A DNA stretch of 64,000 nt from Halarcobacter sp. GTDB taxonomy: Bacteria > Campylobacterota > Campylobacteria > Campylobacterales > Arcobacteraceae. This document shows, piece by piece, positions 19,673-28,651 of the stretch (position 1 is its first letter; each line of letters begins with the position of its first letter). The DNA lies in contig CP182352.1 of NCBI GenBank assembly GCA_048571215.1, positions 1,344,001 to 1,408,000 of the forward strand, given 5' to 3'. The notes below the pieces were generated by a model. That model had not been told where the DNA came from, did no database searches, and saw only the letters and a program-made list of their open reading frames with translations. Position numbers and translations under genes: made by a program.

Positions 19673-20859
19673 GTAAAATAGATGATAAACTACTAATTGA
19701 TGTGGGAAGTACTTACTTTAAAGTAAGCACTGCTCAGGGTGTACAACAACACTTTAGGGATTTTAATAAAAATATTTTTGATGATTTAACATATAAATGT
19801 GGAGATATTATCCATAATTATCATAAAGATGATGTTTTTATTTGCTCATCAGCAAATGGTGGCTTAAGTACACTTATAATAGGTATTACTAACTCTTTTT
19901 CCCTAAAATATGCTACAAATATTGCTTTTAATTCAGGTATAAATATTATTGATTCTGTTTTATATAAAGATATAGAAAAAACTTCAATTCCAAGTGATTT
20001 AATAGATGTTGTAATTATAGTTGGGGGAATAGATTCAGTGTCAAATATATTTGATAAAAAACTATTTTCTTATTTAGAAAAAGTAAAATACTCAAATATA
20101 GTTTATGTGGGTAGCTCACAAGATGTAGAGTACTTAAAATCAAACATAGAAAATCTTGTAGTTTTACCAAATATTATAACAAATAGACTTCATGTTGAAG
20201 AGGAAAACCTAAAAGAGTATTTAACAAATCTATATCAAGCTGATATAGAAGGAAAAGAGGATATTAAACATCTATATGACATCACCTCTAATCAAATCTT
20301 TTCAACCCCATATATTGTAAATAAAACTTTACCACTTATAGATAGTAATTTTTCAGTTGCAAATCCATATATCCTTATAGATATTGGTGGGGCTACAACT
20401 GATATACATTATTCAAAAGATTTAGTTGACGAAAATATGGTTACAACAAATGAATATGATAGATTAGTGTTCAAAAAACTTGGAGTTTATAAATCAAAAG
20501 AATCTTTAATATTTGCTGCAAAAAACAATGAGTTTGTTTATGAATTATTAGCACATTTAAATGTAACAGAAAATATTTTTGAAGAGAATAGTGAAAAAGC
20601 TTTAAAAGTATTAATGCAATTAGCTATTTTTCTTGTACTTTGTAAGGTATCAGCTTATAGAAAAGCCTATGTAAACTTAAAGTTAAATATTCTTAACTCT
20701 ATAGTGTTTACAGGTGGTATAACAAAGGTTTTAAAGCAAGAGGATATAGAAGATATTGTATCATTTTTCTATAAAAAGATTTTAAATTCAGCCCATAAGC
20801 CAACAATTGTAATGGATTCAAATTATGATATTTGGACTTTAGGTATAAAACAAAAATAA
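19669..20859 (+). CDS. glmL: Glutamate mutase L (GlmL, ASKHA ATPase, putative reactivase)
   Basis: IDVGSTYFK, CSSANGGL, GGID, DIGGATTDIH, FTGG; overlaps the glmE stop. Confidence 0.85.
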   Translation: MSKIDDKLLIDVGSTYFKVSTAQGVQQHFRDFNKNIFDDLTYKCGDIIHNYHKDDVFICSSANGGLSTLIIGITNSFSLKYATNIAFNSGINIIDSVLYKDIEKTSIPSDLIDVVIIVGGIDSVSNIFDKKLFSYLEKVKYSNIVYVGSSQDVEYLKSNIENLVVLPNIITNRLHVEEENLKEYLTNLYQADIEGKEDIKHLYDITSNQIFSTPYIVNKTLPLIDSNFSVANPYILIDIGGATTDIHYSKDLVDENMVTTNEYDRLVFKKLGVYKSKESLIFAAKNNEFVYELLAHLNVTENIFEENSEKALKVLMQLAIFLVLCKVSAYRKAYVNLKLNILNSIVFTGGITKVLKQEDIEDIVSFFYKKILNSAHKPTIVMDSNYDIWTLGIKQK

Positions 20860-20870
20860 AAGGAGTTGGT

Positions 20871-22448
20871 ATGTCTATAAACTGTATTAGAACTTTAATT
20901 GAAGATGCAAATATTTCACATCCTGATAAAATAGCAATTAAAAATAATGAAAAAAACATCACATATAAAGAGTTATTAACAAAAGTTAATCAAGTTGCCT
21001 TTTATTTAAAAGAGTTGGATTTACCAAAAGGGAGTAGAATTGGTATCTATTCAAATAAAGGGATAGATCAAGTGATAGCTATTTTAGCTATTCTTTCAAC
21101 AGACTATGTGTTGGTTCCCCTAACAAAACTTCTAAAAAGTGAACAAGTTGAATATATAATCAAAGATTGTGATATAAGATGTATTATAACTGATAAATTA
21201 AAACTTGAATCAATAGAAGAGATTGAGTTTGATGGTCATATAATCTCATATGAGACGGCACATAAAGATGTTGCTTCATTTGAAGAGATATTTAAATACT
21301 ATAATAAACCATACGATTGCAATATAAATGGACATGATAATGCAGTTATAACCTACTCTTTTGGACTTACAGGAACTCCAAAAGGTATAGTTATCTCTCA
21401 TAGAAATCTAATAGATAGTGCAAGGGTTGTTTCTCAATACTTAAACTTACAAGAAGATGATGTATTATCTGGTATTTTGATTTTCAATCTTGATTATGGT
21501 TTAAACCAAATCTTTTGTTCACTATATAAAAGAGCTACACTAGCTTTACATAGATTTATCTTACCTGGAGATTTTTTTAATCATCTAATCAATGACAAGG
21601 TAACTGTAGTAGCTTTAATGCCTGTAACTATAACTGCTATGTTTGATGAAGATAAACATAAACTTCCTACACCTGAGCTTTTATCTCATGTAAAAACTAT
21701 CACCTCTTCAGGTGGTAATGTAACAGCAAAAATGGTAAAAGATATTCAATCTATCTTCCCACATGTAAATTTTTTCTCAATGCATGGACTAACAGAAGCA
21801 TTTAGATCAACTTATCTTGAGCCTTCACAAATAAATATAAGACCAGAATCTATTGGTAAAGCTATTCCTGATGTTGAACTTTATGTAATCAACGAAGAGG
21901 GAATGGAATGTAAACCAAGAGAAGTTGGAGAATTGATACACAGAGGAAGTTATATCTATAAAGGTTTTTGGAATGCACCTGTTGAAACAGCCCAACGATT
22001 TAAATCTATACAAATACTTAAAAATGTTGTTAATCTTGATGGACAACTTAGAGATGAAGTTGTAGTTGCAACAGGAGATTATGTTTATAAAGATGAAGAG
22101 GGTTATTTTTATTTTGTATCTAGACGTGATGATATGATAAAAACAAGAGGATTTAGAGTAAGTCCTTTTGAAATAGAATCAGTTGTTGAAAAGAATTTTC
22201 CTGCAATTGAACAGTGTGCAATATTTTCAATTCCAAATGAAGATATTGAAGAGGAAATAATTATGATTTATAGTAGTAAAAATGAATTATCTTCAAAAGA
22301 GATAACATTTGAACTAAAAAAACATCTAGCTTCATATATGATTCCAAGTAAAATAATTTATAAAAAATCTCTTCCTTTAGTTCCAAGTGATAAAAATAAA
22401 ATCAATAAAGAAGAACTAAAATCTGAACTTCTTGACACAACTAAATAA
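20871..22448 (+). CDS. Adenylate-forming (AMP-binding) ligase with a divergent P-loop
   Basis: TYSFGLTGTPKG, LDYGLNQ, MHGLTEAFRSTYL, SIGKAIP, GELIHRG, TGD, RRDDMIKTRGFRVSPFEIE; AAGGAG RBS before ATG 20871. Confidence 0.85.
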   Translation: MSINCIRTLIEDANISHPDKIAIKNNEKNITYKELLTKVNQVAFYLKELDLPKGSRIGIYSNKGIDQVIAILAILSTDYVLVPLTKLLKSEQVEYIIKDCDIRCIITDKLKLESIEEIEFDGHIISYETAHKDVASFEEIFKYYNKPYDCNINGHDNAVITYSFGLTGTPKGIVISHRNLIDSARVVSQYLNLQEDDVLSGILIFNLDYGLNQIFCSLYKRATLALHRFILPGDFFNHLINDKVTVVALMPVTITAMFDEDKHKLPTPELLSHVKTITSSGGNVTAKMVKDIQSIFPHVNFFSMHGLTEAFRSTYLEPSQINIRPESIGKAIPDVELYVINEEGMECKPREVGELIHRGSYIYKGFWNAPVETAQRFKSIQILKNVVNLDGQLRDEVVVATGDYVYKDEEGYFYFVSRRDDMIKTRGFRVSPFEIESVVEKNFPAIEQCAIFSIPNEDIEEEIIMIYSSKNELSSKEITFELKKHLASYMIPSKIIYKKSLPLVPSDKNKINKEELKSELLDTTK

Positions 22449-22480
22449 TAAAATGTAGTACATTATGTACTACATTTTAT
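22448..22480 (+). terminator. Perfect 16-bp inverted repeat closing the mutase-ligase operon
   Basis: ATAAAATGTAGTACAT-T-ATGTACTACATTTTAT immediately after the stop codon. Confidence 0.6.
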
Positions 22481-22675
22481 ACTACTTATTACAAAAAATA
22501 ATATTTTAAAATTATTTTTCTTTTTAAAATTCCTTTTTATTAATTTATAAATGCTAATTTTAGTAAGATTTCTTACTAAATTTCATTTTATTTCACTTTT
22601 TATACACATTTAAATAATAGAATCAGAAAGAATATATTAAAATAACTTGAAATTTTAAAACTAAAAGGTAAAAAT

Positions 22676-22951
22676 ATGAAAAAAGTAATACTACTAACAT
22701 CAATTCTAGCATGTGCTGCTTTCGCTAATCCATATGCAAAATGTGTAGCATGCCATGGTGCAAATGGTGAAAAAGTTGCAATGGGGAAATCTAAAATTAT
22801 AAAAGACATGACCAAAGCTGAAATTATAACTGCAATGAAAGGTTATAAAGATGGGTCTTATGGTGGAGCATTAAAAGGTTTAATGAAAGGTCAAGTATCA
22901 GGTTTAAGTGATGCAGATATCGAGGCTATTGCTAATAAAATTGGAAAATAA
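22676..22951 (+). CDS. Periplasmic monoheme cytochrome c553
   Basis: Signal peptide, CVACH, YGG..KGLMKGQV axial Met region. Confidence 0.9.
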   Translation: MKKVILLTSILACAAFANPYAKCVACHGANGEKVAMGKSKIIKDMTKAEIITAMKGYKDGSYGGALKGLMKGQVSGLSDADIEAIANKIGK

Positions 22952-22953
22952 AC

Positions 22954-22980
22954 TTAAAAGAGGTTTTATCCTCTTTTAAA
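22954..22980. terminator. Bidirectional intrinsic terminator
   Basis: TTAAAAGAGG-TTTTAT-CCTCTTTTAA between convergent genes. Confidence 0.65.
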
Positions 22981-22981
22981 G

Positions 22982-23821
22982 TTACACATAAACTATCTTA
23001 TCTCTTCCACTATTTTTTGCTTTATAAACACCTATATCTGCTCTTTTGATTAAATCATCTTTTGTTTTACAGTCTTTATAAAATGAGACTCCCATACTAA
23101 CAGTAATTGATATATCTTTTTTTGGATGATATATTCTTTGTGATTTTATATCGACTCTTAAACTATCTAGTTTTGATTCTAATTGCTCCCTTGGGATAAA
23201 ACATAAAATAACAAACTCTTCACCACCAAACCTATAAACCTCGCCATTTAAAACTTTTGCATATTTATCTAGTTTTTTTCCAAGATATATCAAAACCCTA
23301 TCACCAGTATCATGTCCAAAATTATCATTTATACCTTTGAACCTATCTGCATCAATAAAAACTGCACATAGATATGAAGAGTTTTTTTGATTTATAAACA
23401 TAGAAAGGTCATTTTCCATTTTTCTTCTATTGTAAACACCTGTTAAATGATCCCTATTCATACTCTCTTCTAATTGAGCTTTTTCCCTTAGTAGTTCTTC
23501 AATAAGATTATCTTTATACTTATCATCTATATCACTATTTTTTTGTTCAATAATTTTTCCTAAATGAAACTCAAAAATATTTCTTTTAAAAGAGTATTCT
23601 ATATTTTTACATTCAATTGTTAATTGAGGTTTTTCCTCCCCTAAGCCATTAGTAATAACAAGTTTATCAAGCTGTTTGATGCCATATTTTAATTTGTCAT
23701 TCTCTAATCTTGGTTCTAGAAGCTCTTTTTGCCAATATTTAGTAGTCTCTTTTTCTAATATATGGGTCTTTTTTAGTAGGATATCTTGAAATAATTCTTT
23801 TGATACAGAAATTTTATACAT
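22982..23821 (-). CDS. Diguanylate cyclase with an N-terminal ASCH/PUA-like domain
   Basis: DHLTGVYNRR, DADRFKGINDNFGH, RFGGEEF, AKNSGRD; ATG 23821 preferred to GTG 23836; N-terminal domain call is by eye. Confidence 0.85.
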   Translation of the reverse strand: MYKISVSKELFQDILLKKTHILEKETTKYWQKELLEPRLENDKLKYGIKQLDKLVITNGLGEEKPQLTIECKNIEYSFKRNIFEFHLGKIIEQKNSDIDDKYKDNLIEELLREKAQLEESMNRDHLTGVYNRRKMENDLSMFINQKNSSYLCAVFIDADRFKGINDNFGHDTGDRVLIYLGKKLDKYAKVLNGEVYRFGGEEFVILCFIPREQLESKLDSLRVDIKSQRIYHPKKDISITVSMGVSFYKDCKTKDDLIKRADIGVYKAKNSGRDKIVYV

Positions 23822-23950
23822 ATGAAATATTATCACTTATAAACTTAAGTTAAAAATACCTTTTTATAATATAAGATAAACTTATGATATTACTTATCTA
23901 CTTTTAATATAATTTTATATAATATTCATAAATTTTTTAAACTATAAGGA

Positions 23951-25120
23951 GTGTTTATGATATTAAGGGAAAAATTTAATCCTATGTGTTTTTTAGCACC
24001 ATTAGGAGCTGGGGGCTTATCTGTATCATTTTTTATGTATTTGATGTTTTTAGTTCCCCATAAGGGTACACCAATGGCAACATATGACTATATATTTCCT
24101 CAGCTTATAAAAGGCAATTGGTTATCTATTGTAATTGTTATATCATTAGTTTTTATTTTGCTTTTTGCTTTTTTTCATTTTAAATTACTATTTTGGCATA
24201 CAAAACAGTTTTTAATGTATAAAAAAACAGAAAATTATAATAATTTGATTAATTCAAACTCTGAGATTACACTAATGACTATACCACTTACATACACTAT
24301 GAGTATAAATGTTTGTTTTGTTTTAGGGGCTGTTTTTGTACCAAATCTATGGAGCATAGTTGAATATATGTTCCCTTTTGCCTTATTAGGTTTTCTTACT
24401 ACTGGATATTTTTCTATTAAAATACTATTTACATATTTTTCAAGACTATTGATAAATGGTAATTTTGATTTCACCAAAAACAATAATCTATCTCAAATGA
24501 TCTCTATTTTTACATTGGCAATGGTTTCTGTTGGTTTTGCAGCACCTGGAGCGATGAGTCACCATTTGACTATAAATGCAATAGGTATATTTGGAGCATT
24601 ATTTTTTGGTTCATTTGCTATTTTACTTCTTGTTATCAAACTTACCATGGGATTTAAAAATATGTTTGAACAAGGTATATCAGTGGAAGCCTCACCTTCT
24701 CTTTGGATTATAATACCTATTTTGACTCTGCTTGGTATAATGATGATTAGAGTTTCATTTGGACTTGAACATAATTTTAACTCAAATATGAATAAATCCT
24801 CTTTATTTACACTAAGTTCTGTAATTTTATCAATTCAGATTTTATTTGGAATTTTGGGATATAAGATTATGAAGATGAATAACTATTTTAAAATATATAT
24901 AGAGGATGAAAAAACTAGGTCATCAGTATCATTTGCTTTAATTTGCCCAGGAGTTGCTATGATGGTGTTTGGTATGTTCTTTATAAACTTTGGATTAACT
25001 TACAATGATGTTGTTACTAAGTACTCTTTAGCATATTTTATCCTTATGGCTCCATTTATCTTTATACAATATAAAACCATTATTTACTTTTTTAAACTAA
25101 AATCTAAATTCAATTTTTAA
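23951..25120 (+). CDS. Polytopic membrane protein resembling the TsoY (seleno)protein family, Cys form
   Basis: About 10 TM segments; FLAPLGAGGLSVSFFMYLMF, NNLSQM, PSLWIIIP, ALICPGVA; family name is from recollection, not a search. Confidence 0.6.
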   Translation: MFMILREKFNPMCFLAPLGAGGLSVSFFMYLMFLVPHKGTPMATYDYIFPQLIKGNWLSIVIVISLVFILLFAFFHFKLLFWHTKQFLMYKKTENYNNLINSNSEITLMTIPLTYTMSINVCFVLGAVFVPNLWSIVEYMFPFALLGFLTTGYFSIKILFTYFSRLLINGNFDFTKNNNLSQMISIFTLAMVSVGFAAPGAMSHHLTINAIGIFGALFFGSFAILLLVIKLTMGFKNMFEQGISVEASPSLWIIIPILTLLGIMMIRVSFGLEHNFNSNMNKSSLFTLSSVILSIQILFGILGYKIMKMNNYFKIYIEDEKTRSSVSFALICPGVAMMVFGMFFINFGLTYNDVVTKYSLAYFILMAPFIFIQYKTIIYFFKLKSKFNF

Positions 25121-25121
25121 T

Positions 25122-26441
25122 ATGTTACAATCCCTAAAACTTTTAGGGGTTGTGATTTTGTATAAATTTAAACATTTTATTTATCTAATTTTATTTATAC
25201 TGCTATTTACAGGGTGTAGCTACAAAAATATCAAAATAGCTGATTTAGATAAATATCCACAAAATCCAGAGCTTTATACAAAAAATATTACACAAACCTT
25301 GGATGATCAAAGTCAACTTACTAAAGAGTATTTAGATAAGTATTTTTGGCCTTGGAGTTTAAAAAAAGCTAATATCACTAAAAAAGATGCCCAATGGGGT
25401 AATATCTATAAAAATAAAAAAGTTTACTTAGAAAATAATAACCTTGCTTCTAAAGAATGGTTTGAAAAGGTGATTGATAACTCAAATTTTGAAGTTTTTA
25501 ATACTGCCTCACAAAAAGCCATTATGGTAAAAAATGCAAATGTCAGGGTATTTCCAACTATAAGTAAACTCTTTTATAATCCAAGTGTCGCGGGAGAAGG
25601 ATTCCCTTTTGATTATAATCAAAACTCAAGTATAAAAATAAATACCCCTATTTTTATCTCACACTACTCAAAAGACAAAGCTTGGGCATATATACAATCT
25701 CATTTTGTAAGTGGTTGGGTAAGGGTTGATAATCTAGCTTTAGTTAGTGATGAGTTTATAAATAGCTTTAAAACACAAGAGTATGGGGTCGCTATAAAAG
25801 ATAATTTTCCTATTTTTGATAGTTCATTTATAGAGTATATTAAAATAGGCACCCTCTTTCCTAATAAAAATGGCAAATATTTAGTAGCAAAAAAGAATAT
25901 TGATGCTTATGCAACCTTTAGTCAAATAAATAATGACGCTATTAGCAAATTCCCATTGAAGTTTTCAAAAGAAAATATCTCAAAACTCTCTTCTGAGTTC
26001 CTTGGGGAACTATATGGTTGGGGTGGATTATTATCCCACAGGGATTGTTCTAGTTTTACACAAGATTTTTTTAGCCCCTTTGCTGTTTATCTAAATAGAA
26101 ACTCAAAAGCACAATCAAAAGGTTATAAATATCTTGATATCTCAAAATTATCTAGCAATGAAAAAAAAGAGTTTATTATCAAAAATGGTGTACCTTTTTT
26201 AACACTAATCTACTTGCCTGGTCATATTATGATATATATTGGGGCTAAAGATAATGAACCCTTAGCTATGCACAATATGTGGGGAGTTAGAACTTGGAAA
26301 TACCCTTTTGTTCAGGGAAGAAATGTAGTGGGTAAAACTGTAATTACTACCTTAGAACCAGGAGCAGAACTTGACATGGCAAACCCCTTTGCAAGTATCA
26401 TAAAAAAAGTTAAAGGGATTGTTATATTAAATGAAAAATGA
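25122..26441 (+). CDS. NlpC/P60 peptidoglycan endopeptidase lipoprotein with SH3b domains
   Basis: Lipobox LFTGC, GEGFPFDYNQ, YGWGG..RDCSSF, PGHIMIY, HNMWG; the true start may be TTG 25158. Confidence 0.85.
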   Translation: MLQSLKLLGVVILYKFKHFIYLILFILLFTGCSYKNIKIADLDKYPQNPELYTKNITQTLDDQSQLTKEYLDKYFWPWSLKKANITKKDAQWGNIYKNKKVYLENNNLASKEWFEKVIDNSNFEVFNTASQKAIMVKNANVRVFPTISKLFYNPSVAGEGFPFDYNQNSSIKINTPIFISHYSKDKAWAYIQSHFVSGWVRVDNLALVSDEFINSFKTQEYGVAIKDNFPIFDSSFIEYIKIGTLFPNKNGKYLVAKKNIDAYATFSQINNDAISKFPLKFSKENISKLSSEFLGELYGWGGLLSHRDCSSFTQDFFSPFAVYLNRNSKAQSKGYKYLDISKLSSNEKKEFIIKNGVPFLTLIYLPGHIMIYIGAKDNEPLAMHNMWGVRTWKYPFVQGRNVVGKTVITTLEPGAELDMANPFASIIKKVKGIVILNEK

Positions 26442-26511
26442 TTAACAGTATAAAAACACCCTATTAATAGCTTCCAAATGGTGATAAAATAAAAGAAAAC
26501 AAGGAACTATT

Positions 26512-27936
26512 ATGAAAGTTCTATTAACAGGTTCTTCTGGTTATATTGGAAGAAGGCTAAAACAAAAGCTTATTGAAGATAAAAATATACAACTGCGACT
26601 TTTTGTTAGAAATAAAAAAACATTATCATCAAAAATAAGTGATAGTATTGAAGTTGTTGAGGGTGATACCTTTAATAAAGAGAGTTTAAAAGAGGCATTA
26701 ACAGGTATTGATACAGCATATTATTTAATCCATTCATTAAATAGCAAAGGATATAAAAACCTAGATAAAACTTCCGCTGAAAACTTTATAGAAGTTGCAA
26801 AAGCCTGTAAAGTTAAAAGAGTGATTTATTTAGGTGGTTTAGGGGTAAAAGATGATAATACAAGCGAACATCTTTTAAGTAGGATTGAAACAGGAGAGAT
26901 TCTTAGCTCAAAAGAGCAGATTCAAACTATCTGGATAAGAGCTGGTGTTATTATCGGTTCAGGAAGTACTAGTTTTGAGATAATAAGAAATTTAGTTGAG
27001 AAACTTCCTATTATGACTACTCCAAAATGGGTGTTTACAAAAGCCCAACCAATTGCAGTTAATGATGTGATTAAATACCTATATAAAAGTTTATATCTAG
27101 AAGAGAAAAACAACTTAATAGTAGATATAGGTTCACAACAATTAACATACAAAGATATGATGCTTCAAACTGCTAAAGCATTGGGATTAAAAAGGGTTTT
27201 AATACCCCTGCCATTTTTATCAATCACCCTATCCTCTTATTGGTTGAACTTATTTACTCCAGTGCCATATAATGTGGCAAAAGCATTAATAGAAGGCTTA
27301 AAATCAGAGGTTGTAATACAAAACCAAAATGCTAAAAAGTATTTTCCAGATATAAAACCAATCGATTTTATTAGTAGTGTTAAAAAAGCTGTTAAGGAGA
27401 TAAAATTAAACCAAGTAGTAAGTAGATGGAGTGATCACTCAGGAACAATTTGGGACAAAAGGCATACAGATGAGTTAGCTGATGCAATTTTTATTGATAG
27501 AAAAAGAGTAAAACTTGATGATATTTCCCATGAAAAAGTTTATAAATCCTTTATAAGTATTGGTGGGGAGAATGGGTGGTTTGATTTTGATATTTTATGG
27601 GAGATTAGAGGTTTTATAGATAAGGTATTAGGTGGTGTTGGACTAAAAAGAGGTAGAAGAGATCAATATTTTCTAAGGGTTGGAGAAAGTCTTGATTTTT
27701 GGAGAGTTGTTGATATAAAAGAGAATGAAAGGCTACTTTTATATGCACAAATGAAACTACCAGGAACAGCATGGTTGGAGTTTAAAATAGAAAATAATGA
27801 ATTGATTCAATCAGCATATTTTTATCCAAAAGGTGTTTTAGGAAGATTGTATTGGTATAGTTTAATCCCTTTGCATTATTTTGTTTTTACAAATATGATA
27901 AATAGTATTATAAAAAAAGCATCCAGTGAACACTAA
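26512..27936 (+). CDS. NAD(P)-binding atypical SDR with DUF2867 (YbjT-like)
   Basis: TGSSGYIG, YYLIHS, SEHLLSR, IIGSGSTSFE, DFWRV, MKLPGTAWLEF, GRLYWY. Confidence 0.85.
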   Translation: MKVLLTGSSGYIGRRLKQKLIEDKNIQLRLFVRNKKTLSSKISDSIEVVEGDTFNKESLKEALTGIDTAYYLIHSLNSKGYKNLDKTSAENFIEVAKACKVKRVIYLGGLGVKDDNTSEHLLSRIETGEILSSKEQIQTIWIRAGVIIGSGSTSFEIIRNLVEKLPIMTTPKWVFTKAQPIAVNDVIKYLYKSLYLEEKNNLIVDIGSQQLTYKDMMLQTAKALGLKRVLIPLPFLSITLSSYWLNLFTPVPYNVAKALIEGLKSEVVIQNQNAKKYFPDIKPIDFISSVKKAVKEIKLNQVVSRWSDHSGTIWDKRHTDELADAIFIDRKRVKLDDISHEKVYKSFISIGGENGWFDFDILWEIRGFIDKVLGGVGLKRGRRDQYFLRVGESLDFWRVVDIKENERLLLYAQMKLPGTAWLEFKIENNELIQSAYFYPKGVLGRLYWYSLIPLHYFVFTNMINSIIKKASSEH

Positions 27937-28651
27937 ACTTTTTTTCAAAAACCAATAAACTTTCTACAATATATTTGTAATTGTTTAAATCCTTACATAA
28001 AATAAAATATACTCTAGGGGAATACGGTTTATGTTTTATAGCTAGTACTTTAGAGTATTTAGTTTTAAACTGCTCTAATAAACACTTTATTTGTAAATCA
28101 TGGGCAAAACATCTATTTAGATGATGATATACTATTAAAGTGTTTGATTGCTTGTATAGAGCTTCTATTTCATCAATAAAGATATATTTACCACTATTTT
28201 TTCTTTTTTTAACTTGAGAGGAATCAAGAAGATTTAAATCTTTATTTTTTTTATCACATAAAAGGGCAATTCCATTATCTGAGTCAGTTAAAATAATATC
28301 ACTGTTTTTACTAAACTCTAAAGCTTTTGCAAACCACTTTTTTCTAAAATCAAGACAAGCATCATTTAGTAAATAATCATTGAAATATTTAATATTATTA
28401 AGAAGTTTTGTATCTTCTAAAGCTTTTACATTTCTATTTGAGTTTAGGATATTTCTAAAACTATTTTCTAAAAACTCATCAAAACCTTTAACTTTTTCAA
28501 AATAGTTTATATACATCCCGTCACTATTATGTGTTTCATCGGGATACATAAACCAAAGTTGAGTTAATCTGTAAGATGTTTTATTAAAAAGATATCTAAG
28601 AAGTTGAAACTTTCCAAAATCTCCAATATCTGCACTATATCTATTCTGCAA
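27908..28651 (-). CDS. Conserved hypothetical protein
   Basis: MQNRYSADIGDFGKF N-terminus and DSDNG motif; starts 1 nt after the RND stop. Confidence 0.7.
   Translation of the reverse strand: MQNRYSADIGDFGKFQLLRYLFNKTSYRLTQLWFMYPDETHNSDGMYINYFEKVKGFDEFLENSFRNILNSNRNVKALEDTKLLNNIKYFNDYLLNDACLDFRKKWFAKALEFSKNSDIILTDSDNGIALLCDKKNKDLNLLDSSQVKKRKNSGKYIFIDEIEALYKQSNTLIVYHHLNRCFAHDLQIKCLLEQFKTKYSKVLAIKHKPYSPRVYFILCKDLNNYKYIVESLLVFEKKFSVHWMLFL

Noticed and set aside
19669..20859. DNA mismatch repair MutL
   Set aside because: Name clash only; the motifs are ASKHA-type GlmL, not GHKL ATPase
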